Source: Thermoproteota archaeon (lineage in GTDB: Archaea > Thermoproteota > EX4484-205 > JAAOZP01). Taken from it: a DNA stretch of 59,703 nucleotides. The position numbers were made by a program, and so were the translations under genes. The notes under the pieces were generated by a model, which saw nothing but the letters and a program-made list of their open reading frames with translations, did no database searches and had not been told where the DNA came from. The stretch covers positions 1 to 59,703 of the forward strand of contig JBNAVT010000009.1 of the NCBI GenBank assembly GCA_049700215.1, read 5' to 3'. Shown piece after piece: positions 41,005 to 49,237 of this stretch; position 1 is the first letter of the stretch; each line of letters opens with the position of its first letter.

Positions 41005-41703
41005 TCAGGGCAGAGAGAGCTTCCACCCTCTCTTCCTTAATTTCTCTACTTCATCATCTGAAAAGACTACATAAACTATGTAATCTATCTCGCCATCAAG
41101 GCAATAATACTGATATCCAGTGTCATTAATTAGCTCGTTTATCTTTTTAACTACTGGATTCATTACGAGTATCTCGCCATAATTTGTAAAGTCTACTCTA
41201 TACTCTTCCCCCTTTGACTTAAAGAACACTATGCAACACACCCTTTCTTCGTATCCTCTAATCTTTATATCCCGCTTCCACTCCTCTTGCATACTCAGAG
41301 GTTCAAAAAGCCCTCTAGAAATCCTAGCGAGCTTTTTCATCAAGCCAATCCCCATCCCATTATCAGCTTCTATCTCCCAATCCTCTACGAAAACCCTTTT
41401 TCTGTCGAAGAATGCCAGCTCTAAGTCTACGCGATAGACACTCGCCTTCATCCAGTATTCCTCGTGCTCCTCAAGCGACTTCTTCAGAAGCTGCCCGTGG
41501 GTTCTCCCTCCTTTTCTCTTTTCCTTCACCTTCTCTAAGAATTTCTCCTCGTCCCACCAGAAAACACTGTAATCTATCTCGCCATCGAAAATCTCCTCGA
41601 GAATCTCCTCTGACGATAAGCTAGAGAAATTTTGGAAGAAGTTCATACTTCTAAGGTACTCTATCGAATCCACAAATCGCTTTCTAAGCTCAGGGTCCAT
41701 CAC
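41005..41703 (-). CDS. Hypothetical protein, candidate immunity partner convergent with the nuclease gene
   Basis: 232-aa charged/aromatic ORF; a paralogous fragment at 42192-42440 is likewise convergent with a nuclease fragment. Confidence 0.55.
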   Translation of the reverse strand: MMDPELRKRFVDSIEYLRSMNFFQNFSSLSSEEILEEIFDGEIDYSVFWWDEEKFLEKVKEKRKGGRTHGQLLKKSLEEHEEYWMKASVYRVDLELAFFDRKRVFVEDWEIEADNGMGIGLMKKLARISRGLFEPLSMQEEWKRDIKIRGYEERVCCIVFFKSKGEEYRVDFTNYGEILVMNPVVKKINELINDTGYQYYCLDGEIDYIVYVVFSDDEVEKLRKRGWKLSLP

Positions 41704-41852
41704 CTAATAATAGTTGACAAGGTTCTTAAGCATAACTATGTCTTAGTGTACTAAATTGGCAGCGTGTATATGTTGACGTATGCACTTTTTATGCAATGCT
41801 TAAACACTGCGAAAGAAAAACTTTTATACCCTGCTATAGCAAGAAAACATAG

Positions 41853-41972
41853 GGGCCCGTAGCTTAAATCTTCAATATGTAGCGCACGTGCGTCACATAT
41901 TGAAGAGAGCAGCCAGGTTAGAGCGGCGGGCTCATAACCCGTAGGTTGGGGGTTCAAATCCCTCCGGGCCCA
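41853..41972 (+). tRNA. tRNA-Ile(CAU) with a 45-nt D-loop intron (15/16; 41868-41912)
   Basis: GGGCCCG/CGGGCCC-A acceptor typical of archaeal Ile; GCGGG-CTCATAA-CCCGT anticodon arm; BHB helix GCTT:GAGC with AAA/AGC bulges; splicing gives an A15:U48 pair. Confidence 0.88.
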
Positions 41973-42063
41973 CTTCTTTTTTACAGTTTGTTACCTGCGT
42001 GGTTTCTCATGCTATCAACAGGCGAGTTCCCCGGTCTAATCCTCTTTATCCTTGCAGTAAGTC

Positions 42064-42086
42064 CAGTAGGCTGGTTCAGCCTACTG
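42064..42086. other. Perfect 10-bp inverted repeat hairpin
   Basis: CAGTAGGCTG-gtt-CAGCCTACTG. Confidence 0.4.
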
Positions 42087-42183
42087 TAGTTTCAAATTCG
42101 AGCCGTTGAAAAAAGCTAGCGTGCTGAACGCGCTGTAAAAACTATTTTTACTGGTCATGCAGAATCCATCTGGTTATGTTTCG

Positions 42184-42191
42184 GCGCGCGC
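42184..42191. repeat. GCGCGCGC motif at the start of the immunity-like fragment
   Basis: The homologous reading frame begins at the next base, 42192. Confidence 0.8.
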
Positions 42192-42440
42192 GATGGAACA
42201 AAATGGTCAATACAGGAGGTTAGCTTTGATTTCAAGGGCAAGAGGCATAGCATTGAGATCGCCCTGCAACACGATTATATTATAGATATGGGCTTGTATG
42301 AGTTGAATAAGCTTATTGAGGATACCGGACACCAATACTATCAGGTCGAGCATGAAATCATAATGGTGGTGGTATTGACGAAAGGGGAGGCTGAGAAGCT
42401 TGAGAAAGAAAGAGGTTGGAAATTCAAGTGGATCGTTTAG
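42192..42440 (+). pseudogene. C-terminal fragment of a paralog of 41005-41703
   Basis: ...FDFKGKRHSI...ELNKLIEDTGHQYYQ...EAEKLEKERGWKF aligns with ...FKSKGEEYRV...KINELINDTGYQYYC...EVEKLRKRGWKL. Confidence 0.8.
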
Positions 42441-42918
42441 CCCTCTCCTAAAGATTTATGTCCGACTTTAATCTCTCTACCCTTTAAGTCGAAGTAGACA
42501 TAAACGACTATATAGGCTTTGATGTTCTCCCCCTCCTCAATCCCTATTCCTTTTTCAGTTAAATCCAAGCCGTATTCTTGAATATGCTCTTTATAGCCCT
42601 TTAATTGCTTCAAACCGTCCTTAACATAATCCGCAAGCTCCTCTTCGGAAGTCCTACTTGATTTAACCTCTACAACCACGAGGTGATTATCTTCTGTCCT
42701 AAAAACTAAGTCTACCTTCTTATTTGCAACTTTAATTTTAACCTCCTCCGCTATGAATTCCGCCTTTCCAATCTCAGCGATCCTGCCATCCTCTGTATAT
42801 TCTTTAGCTATTTTCCTTCCAGTTTCCCAGTTCTACACTAGAAGTTTTATTTATTCCTTCAACTTCTTTATCGCTCATCGTCCTTAAGTATGAAAGTTAG
42901 AGAGGAGGCTGAATTATA
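42437..42918 (-). pseudogene. C-terminal PD-(D/E)xK nuclease fragment (second toxin-like tip)
   Basis: Open frame 42832-42437 reads ...KKVDLVFRTEDNHLVVVEVKSS...DGLKQLKGY; degraded upstream as far as the motif at 42919. Confidence 0.7.
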
Positions 42919-42929
42919 AGCGCGCGCTA
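42919..42929. repeat. AGCGCGCGCTA motif
   Basis: Between the nuclease fragment and the tRNA 3' fragment. Confidence 0.8.
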
Positions 42930-42948
42930 AATCCAGGCCGGCCCACCA
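42929..42948 (+). other. tRNA 3'-end fragment (att-like relic)
   Basis: AAAT-CCAGG-CCGGCCC-A-CCA matches T-loop end, T-stem, acceptor strand, discriminator and CCA. Confidence 0.5.
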
Positions 42949-42997
42949 TTTCTTAACAATAAGTGTGAAAAGAATTTAGAATCTTAAGACAATAGCT

Positions 42998-43007
42998 ACG
43001 CGCGCGT
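42998..43007. repeat. ACGCGCGCGT motif variant
   Basis: Bounds a coding-like fragment at 43008-43251. Confidence 0.6.
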
Positions 43008-43251
43008 CCAGTATCATGACCATGACCTTTTTTTCTTCCAATACCCCCAAGTTCTACAGTACTGCTGGCCTCCTCTGCTCTTCTAACTTCCTCGTCGCTC
43101 AACTCCCATTTGGATGTAAATGGCTTAAGGCAAGATTGAATCGTAATGTATTCCAGCACCTTAGAGCCCTCCGGTATATTAACTTCAAGCATATCAGTGC
43201 CACAGATCGCGTGTTTTCCGTTATCGAAGTAAGCCACTAGCTCCAGCACAT

Positions 43252-43261
43252 AGCGCGCGCT
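43252..43261. repeat. AGCGCGCGCT motif
   Basis: tAGCGCGCGCTt. Confidence 0.75.
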
Positions 43262-43416
43262 TCTACGATGTTTCAACTCGACGGATCCCAAGCCTCTACA
43301 GGCCTCTAGACCAGTGGCGTGGAACCCTATGTTTAAGCGAGATGGATCTCCCGCACACTTTTGAGACATCTGAGATAACTCACTATCTTAACTGCAGGTG
43401 CTACGGTGTGCCAATA

Positions 43417-43427
43417 AGCGCGCGCTA
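43417..43427. repeat. AGCGCGCGCTA motif at the left edge of the secreted-protein cassette
   Basis: aAGCGCGCGCTAg. Confidence 0.75.
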
Positions 43428-43542
43428 GTGCTAATGAGTGGCAAAAATGAGCACTCCTTCAAACAGCTTTTATGTCCATATAGCTTTTATGTTTTTTAAA
43501 AAATACTTATATTCTTCCATTCTCATAAAATACCGATGAAAA

Positions 43543-43938
43543 ATGTTAGTAAAGAATATTTGTCTAAAAAACACGTTTTTCATCATTTTCTTACCACTCT
43601 CTCTTGCTGCCATAGTCTTCGTGACGGCTGGAAGTGCATTCCAAAATTTGTATGATCCCACTTATAATGTTTATCTTCATGTTTCCGGAGACTATAATGA
43701 GGGTCAGAACTATTTTTATAAGACTATCCACTATGCATCTGTTGGTGCACCCGCAGGGTATAGCGGGTCTTACCATTTTTACGCTCTTATGAATGGAGTT
43801 ATAGTATATAATGTCGGTAATGGTGACAATCGTATAGTGCCCTTTTCTGTCTATGGAGAGAATTCCAATAGTGCAACATATGCGGTTAGCCGAGCTAGCA
43901 ACAGCATTCGGAATTACGAGGTAAGCATTACAAGGTAA
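43543..43938 (+). CDS. Small secreted Tyr/Asn-rich protein, copy 1
   Basis: N-terminal signal/TM helix; QNLYDPTYNVYLHVSGDYN...SITR; paralog of 44977-45405. Confidence 0.7.
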   Translation: MLVKNICLKNTFFIIFLPLSLAAIVFVTAGSAFQNLYDPTYNVYLHVSGDYNEGQNYFYKTIHYASVGAPAGYSGSYHFYALMNGVIVYNVGNGDNRIVPFSVYGENSNSATYAVSRASNSIRNYEVSITR

Positions 43939-43956
43939 GCGCTAGCTGGAGAATCC

Positions 43957-44895
43957 ATGAGAACACGTTGCCGCAAGCTGGTTTCTGTCCTTTTTCTGAT
44001 TCTATTCCTTGGAAAGCCGGTGCTTCCCGCTTCTGAAGGGGGCTCGAAGTGGCTCTCCGAAGGGGATTTCGCCGAATACGACGCTGGTTTCGAGTATGGC
44101 AACGTGACGCATTTAATCTTTTTCCTCGGCAGCAAGAGCCCAGGAATTCTAAGATGGCAGGTTATCAGGGAGAGCTGCGGGATTGTTGAACTCACTGTCT
44201 CGCTCAATGTCTCGGGAGAAGCATACTGGTGCATCAGAGAGTATAATAAGTGTCAAACATCTTGGGTGAGCATTTATAGAAATGTCACTTTGACTGTGAA
44301 CGTTTCCAGCCGTGAGGCGAAATACATGGGTCATGATATTGGCTACATACCTTTCTGGGTAGACAGGATGCCTGCTAAGGGTCAGAGAATACCCATGGTT
44401 AAACTTGAAAACGGCAGCATCTTACACGGGGAAGTAATCACAATATGGGATAGTGATGTAGATTGGTATGTGAAAAAGAGCAGACCCCTACAAATTCGAG
44501 TTTTAAACCCTGACCCCGATAATTTCATATCGATTCTCAGCAGTTACGATTGGTATTCGGGCTTAGCCCTATATTTTGAGGAAAGCGGGTACTCGCCGGA
44601 GCTTGCTCCAGGCTGCTGCTATTATACTTTGCCAGATGGGACAAACATAGAGATACTGGGGTATGGTGGAACACCTTTCGGTAGGCTCCTCGGCTTGGGT
44701 TTTGCGTGTAGCTTTACACTCAGGTCGACGAGCATAAAGATAGGGCCTCCCTCAGAGGAAAAAGAGATTGATTTTGAGATTACCCTGATCGTAGGGTTCT
44801 TCACCGCCTCCTGGATCCTTATCGTCTACGTGTTTCTCAGGCAGAGAGCCGGGCACATGCGAAGCGAGTTAAGCCATAATGGGTATAGCTGTTGA
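43957..44895 (+). CDS. Membrane-anchored surface protein, copy 1
   Basis: Signal peptide, KWLSEGDFAEY, several N-x-S/T sequons, C-terminal TM helix. Confidence 0.75.
   Translation: MRTRCRKLVSVLFLILFLGKPVLPASEGGSKWLSEGDFAEYDAGFEYGNVTHLIFFLGSKSPGILRWQVIRESCGIVELTVSLNVSGEAYWCIREYNKCQTSWVSIYRNVTLTVNVSSREAKYMGHDIGYIPFWVDRMPAKGQRIPMVKLENGSILHGEVITIWDSDVDWYVKKSRPLQIRVLNPDPDNFISILSSYDWYSGLALYFEESGYSPELAPGCCYYTLPDGTNIEILGYGGTPFGRLLGLGFACSFTLRSTSIKIGPPSEEKEIDFEITLIVGFFTASWILIVYVFLRQRAGHMRSELSHNGYSC
44290..44437 (+). repeat. 148-bp exact repeat (partner 45779-45926)
   Basis: Identical TTGACTGTGAAC...GGGGAAGTAA in both surface-protein genes. Confidence 0.9.
44792..44853 (+). repeat. 62-bp exact repeat (partner 46278-46339)
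   Basis: Identical segment coding the TM anchor. Confidence 0.9.
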
Positions 44896-44976
44896 ATATA
44901 TTGATATAGAAATAGTGGGTAATGGCAATGAATAGTCATGAAGGAGCACTCCTTGATAGCTTTTTACATCCGTTAA

Positions 44977-45405
44977 ATGTATGCTTATATTCCTTTACTT
45001 ATAAATAAAATGGTGGTAAAAATGAAGAGCATAAGCCGAACGAAAACTTATGTGCTCTGCACCGCTCTGCTAACACTTTCCACAGCCATCATACTTGTAG
45101 TAGCACTAACCGATTCACAACAATTATATGACCCTTTCTACAATGTTTTTCTCCATGTCTCCGGAGATTTTAACGCTGACCAGAACTATTATTACAGGAC
45201 TGCCCATGCCACATATGTGGGTCAACCTTCGGGAATAACGGGATGGTATAGGTTTCGTGCAGGTCTAGAATACGACACCGGCTATGTTCATGCCACGATA
45301 CCTTTTCGTGCAGATTACACTCGGCTTAATGGACCCAACGCATGGAATGCAGAAACTCAGGCCTTTAATTATTTTAGAACATACAGTGTGTTCATTACCA
45401 GGTAG
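44977..45405 (+). CDS. Small secreted Tyr/Asn-rich protein, copy 2 (start probably 45010 or 45022)
   Basis: Signal helix; QQLYDPFYNVFLHVSGDFN...FITR. Confidence 0.7.
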   Translation: MYAYIPLLINKMVVKMKSISRTKTYVLCTALLTLSTAIILVVALTDSQQLYDPFYNVFLHVSGDFNADQNYYYRTAHATYVGQPSGITGWYRFRAGLEYDTGYVHATIPFRADYTRLNGPNAWNAETQAFNYFRTYSVFITR

Positions 45406-45415
45406 GAAAAATACT

Positions 45416-46372
45416 TTGAAAATCCCCTTGAACATTATTTTAATCTTCTTTCTTTTTTCCCTCATTCTAACAGAGTTTTCTCCGATACTTTACTCCTCTG
45501 CCGAGATGCCGAAATGGCTTTCAGTAGGAGATTTCGCCGAATACGAAACTGCAACGCTGGCGCTCTACAATGCTACGCATTATATTCAATTCCTTAACTT
45601 CACAGGGGTTTTGAGGTGGGAGGTAATAGGTGAGAGGGTTGGTGTTGTTGAGCTCGCTGTCTCGCTCAACGTTACGGGAAAGGCGGGTGTGGTGTCGCAT
45701 GGGGGCGAATTCCACTGGAGGAAAAAAGAAACGTTTAACTATTCCACTTATTGGCTGAGTATTTATAAGAGCGTTGTGTTGACTGTGAACGTTTCCAGCC
45801 GTGAGGCGAAATACATGGGTCATGATATTGGCTACATACCTTTCTGGGTAGACAGGATGCCTGCTAAGGGTCAGAGAATACCCATGGTTAAACTTGAAAA
45901 CGGCAGCATCTTACACGGGGAAGTAACTATGGTATTGGACAGGGATATAGATTGGCATGGGAATAAGACTAGACCCTTTGAAATCCGAGTTGTAAACCCA
46001 GACCCTGGCAACTTTATAGATTTCTTTTATCTCTATGACTGGTACTCAGGCTTAGCCTTATCTTTTTCCGACAACGGTTATTCCTATGAGTTTGCACCAG
46101 GTTCAGCTTACGGAGCGCTTCTAAATGGAACGCGCATTGAAGTCAGGAAGTACGGTGGAACATCTTTCGGCAAGCTTCTCGGTCTTTGTCAAATATGCGT
46201 GTTCATACTCAGGTCTACGAGCATAAGGATAGGCCCGCCCTCCGAGGGAGGAATTAACTTAGAGATGATCCTGATCTTAGGGTTCTTCACCGCCTCCTGG
46301 ATCCTTATCGTCTACGTGTTTCTCAGGCAGAGAGCCGGGAAACTGGAGGAGGTGGTTGAAACTGCAGGATGA
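45416..46372 (+). CDS. Membrane-anchored surface protein, copy 2
   Basis: Paralog of 43957-44895 (KWLSVGDFAEY, YDWYSGLAL, YGGT.FG.LLGL); in-frame TTG start chosen just after the upstream gene. Confidence 0.75.
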   Translation: MKIPLNIILIFFLFSLILTEFSPILYSSAEMPKWLSVGDFAEYETATLALYNATHYIQFLNFTGVLRWEVIGERVGVVELAVSLNVTGKAGVVSHGGEFHWRKKETFNYSTYWLSIYKSVVLTVNVSSREAKYMGHDIGYIPFWVDRMPAKGQRIPMVKLENGSILHGEVTMVLDRDIDWHGNKTRPFEIRVVNPDPGNFIDFFYLYDWYSGLALSFSDNGYSYEFAPGSAYGALLNGTRIEVRKYGGTSFGKLLGLCQICVFILRSTSIRIGPPSEGGINLEMILILGFFTASWILIVYVFLRQRAGKLEEVVETAG

Positions 46373-47282
46373 TCAACCTATCGTTGAAACAACCCGGCTT
46401 ACGAAGACGTTTAGGAGAGTCCGGGCTGTTGATAATCTAACGATTGAAATTCGTGGTAGAGTGGCTGGTTTAATAGGTCCCAATGGCTCCGGTAAGACTA
46501 CTCTTCTCAACATGGTGCTCGGCTTGACTGATAAGGATTCTGGAATGTTAAAGGTGCTTGGAGAGGATGATCCGAGGCGCCTAGTTCAGGAGGGGAGGGT
46601 TTCAGGCATACCTGAGTCAGTCAATCCTCCGGACTACTTCACCGGCTTGGATTTCCTCGTTAAAATCGCTAGGATGAAAGGCCTGTCGTCACCCAGGGAG
46701 CAGGCGATGAAGCTGCTGGATGAGTTTGGCTTGGCAAAGGCTAGGGACAGACTGGTCTCAACTTATTCTGCCGGCATGAGGCAGAGGCTCCTGGTTGCCC
46801 AAGCCATGCTTGGAGAGCCTGAACTGGTGGTTCTCGACGAGCCTACTGCAAACCTTGACCCTAACGGCAGGATCCTGATATGTGACGCAATCTCCTCAAA
46901 AAGCATGGAGGAGGGTACGAGGTTCCTAGTCTCCAGCCACCTGATGTTCGACCTTGAGTCGATCTGCGACTGGTTGAGCTTCATGGATTCCGGGAGGCTG
47001 AAGGAAAATGGGCCGATCGAAGCGATTTTGAACAAGTATAGAGGTGTCATTTTTCGCGTGAAGAGCACGGAGCAGCTCCGTCTGAAGCAGCTGCTTAAAG
47101 ACCTTGACTGTGTGAAATCAGTATTCATGGTTAGGGGTGAGCTGTTAGTCAGCGTGAGCGACAGCGATGCCCTTATGAGGATCACGGATACGGCGACAAG
47201 GGTGGGGATAAAGGTTAACGAGGTAACTGAGTGCACTCCAACACTAGACCTGATATACAGGGAGGTTGTCTCCCGCATATGA
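46356..47282 (+). CDS. ABC exporter ATP-binding protein
   Basis: GPNGSGKT, YSAGMRQR, LDEPTANLD, SSH. Confidence 0.92.
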   Translation: MKLQDDQPIVETTRLTKTFRRVRAVDNLTIEIRGRVAGLIGPNGSGKTTLLNMVLGLTDKDSGMLKVLGEDDPRRLVQEGRVSGIPESVNPPDYFTGLDFLVKIARMKGLSSPREQAMKLLDEFGLAKARDRLVSTYSAGMRQRLLVAQAMLGEPELVVLDEPTANLDPNGRILICDAISSKSMEEGTRFLVSSHLMFDLESICDWLSFMDSGRLKENGPIEAILNKYRGVIFRVKSTEQLRLKQLLKDLDCVKSVFMVRGELLVSVSDSDALMRITDTATRVGIKVNEVTECTPTLDLIYREVVSRI

Positions 47283-48076
47283 GGCGCCATAAGGTGAAGC
47301 AAGCCTTCGTATGGGAGCTCCACGACGCTTGGGCCTTCCCGTTCGCCGAGCTGCTGTTAATAGGCTTCCTAGCACAGACGCTATCCGTAACCTTTATTTC
47401 CTATGGGGCAACGGGTGTAGAAGAGTCCCTACTAGCGGGGGGAGTAGGGATTATGCGTTTTACAATTTTTCTGAGAACAGAATACCCGATCATTATTTTC
47501 TGCACATTGATGCCCGCTAAGGTTTTCGGCGAATGTGTTGAAAAACGCAAGATCCATATTCCCCTGATGGCAGGAGTATCGAGGGAAGAGCTGTTCGTGT
47601 CCAAGCTTATGGTGACAATGCTCCCAATCTGGGTTGTTCAGCTGGGCTCGTTAACCGCCGCAGCAATCTTAAACCATATGTTTGACTTCCCTTACCCTGC
47701 TTCAATATGGGTATCGACGCTGATAGGCGTCTTGGTATTATCCCTGTTTGTAAGCTCGTTCAGCATCCTGCTGTCAATACTTCTCAGAAAGTTTTCGCTG
47801 GCTGCATTGCTGGGCATCGGGCTGTTTGCTATTCTAGACTACTGGGCATTGCAAACACCGTTCGAAAACATGGTTGGATACGTTGCCCCTGTGAAAAGCG
47901 CGATGGTGCTGGAGGAAGCTCTGCACCGTCTGCTCGCACAGATTATGGCTGGTGCACATGTTTACCCATCTTATCCCCCTCCGGTCTACAATTTCTCTAT
48001 TCCATACCTATTGCTCTTCCCGTTCCTATTCATGCTCCTTGCGGCACTAGCCTTCAGGGTGATTGACCTTGACTAA
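47231..48076 (+). CDS. ABC-2 type permease (start probably ATG 47279)
   Basis: About six TM helices, VSREELFVSKL, C-terminal FRVIDLD. Confidence 0.8.
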   Translation: MHSNTRPDIQGGCLPHMRRHKVKQAFVWELHDAWAFPFAELLLIGFLAQTLSVTFISYGATGVEESLLAGGVGIMRFTIFLRTEYPIIIFCTLMPAKVFGECVEKRKIHIPLMAGVSREELFVSKLMVTMLPIWVVQLGSLTAAAILNHMFDFPYPASIWVSTLIGVLVLSLFVSSFSILLSILLRKFSLAALLGIGLFAILDYWALQTPFENMVGYVAPVKSAMVLEEALHRLLAQIMAGAHVYPSYPPPVYNFSIPYLLLFPFLFMLLAALAFRVIDLD

Positions 48077-48551
48077 TCCCCATAGGTGGCGGAGAATCGG
48101 CTCATTAATTTTCTCAATAGGCATCGGGATACTTGTCGCAGCACTCCTTAGAGGAATGGCGATGGCGGAATCGTGTGGAACCAGCCCAAAAGAGGGCTCG
48201 GCGGAGGCGATGCTAGGCCCCCTGCTCTTGGAGCCGAGGAAAACAAGCTTCGCAATATCTCGCGTTCAGCCAGAGGTTCCTGTGGACATAGAGGTCTTGA
48301 GGCTTCCGGATAAAACAGTCCTGTTCAGGTTTAACAATATCCGTGCTAAGGAGCTTTACGACATACCATTGGTTGACAGAGGCCTCTACGTCTTCTCATT
48401 AAAGGCCTCCGGCGACGGCAACATTCAATCGGTTGACCTCGTCTTCACGGTAGGCGGACCACCGAGGGACATGGTGCTCCTCTCCATCCTACTAGGGTTG
48501 GCCGGGATCATCATATTCCTCATCCCGACACTTGTAGAAAAAGCCAGATGA
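48063..48551 (+). CDS. Membrane protein with two TM helices flanking a beta-rich domain
   Basis: Hydrophobic termini; overlaps the permease stop. Confidence 0.65.
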   Translation: MTLTNPHRWRRIGSLIFSIGIGILVAALLRGMAMAESCGTSPKEGSAEAMLGPLLLEPRKTSFAISRVQPEVPVDIEVLRLPDKTVLFRFNNIRAKELYDIPLVDRGLYVFSLKASGDGNIQSVDLVFTVGGPPRDMVLLSILLGLAGIIIFLIPTLVEKAR

Positions 48552-48577
48552 ACATGCCTGCATAATCTCAATTTCGC

Positions 48578-49228
48578 TCACAGTTTGTTAGCTTTAGTAG
48601 AATGCAGTGTTTCTGGAACACTCAATATTATGGGCATTATTATAAATATCTCCATCAGGAGTGGAAGGATTAGAACCAGTTCCTCTAAACCCTCTTGCCA
48701 GAGGAAGCCGCCGAGCAGGAAGGCCGGTACTGAAAGAACATCGAAGACGCCTGTTATGCCAAACCATCTGCCCCTTTTCTACATCGGAACAACTTCCCCG
48801 AACATAGTTATGAATGGTATGAAGATCGATGAACCCGCCTGAAGCCCAAAATGCCCAAGAGCCCAGCCAGCATGAGCATTTGAGGATTAGAAGCAACGAT
48901 CAGGATAATCGTGCCAAGGTTCGTGAGAGGACGGATAATAAGGAATGTTTTATTACGCCCTATCTTATCCGCCATGACTCCTATAGGAATCTGCAGGAGA
49001 GCGGATACCACTATTCCCACGGTGTCTATTGCTCCAAGAATATAAGGGTCAGCACCTTTCGCGTAAACCATCCAAAGCATAACAAAAGGCATTGAAATAC
49101 TATTCTCAAAACGCCATAATCCCATTAACACTATCCATTTCCTAAGACTGTTCCCGCCTCTAAACAGATCTCTGAAGCCCTCAAATAAACCCGTCTCATT
49201 GCCCCGTCCTCTCGGCTCACTAAAGGAT
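48578..49228 (-). pseudogene. C-terminal half of an MFS transporter, with frameshift and internal stop
   Basis: GVMADKIGRNK MFS motif A; continues in another frame as FIPFITMFGEVVPM*KRGRWFG...VPETL; N-terminal half absent. Confidence 0.8.
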
Positions 49229-49237
49229 AGCGCGCAC
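49229..49237. repeat. AGCGCGCAC motif variant at the MFS truncation
   Basis: The MFS central-loop frame (SFSEPRGRG...GLFEGFRDLF) starts at this motif on the minus strand. Confidence 0.7.

Noticed and set aside
41751-41957. 68-aa ORF antisense to tRNA-Ile (and similar ORFs at 29457-29687 and 59347-59535)
   Set aside because: Shadow ORFs overlapping tRNA genes.
39021-43427. Integron attC array or IS/MITE ends as the explanation for the GC motifs
   Set aside because: No longer conserved flanks, terminal inverted repeats, target-site duplications, integrase or transposase; the motifs interrupt genes rather than separate intact cassettes.
44290-45926. Diversity-generating retroelement TR/VR pair
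   Set aside because: The repeats are fully identical, with no adenine-specific differences, and no reverse transcriptase is present in the window.
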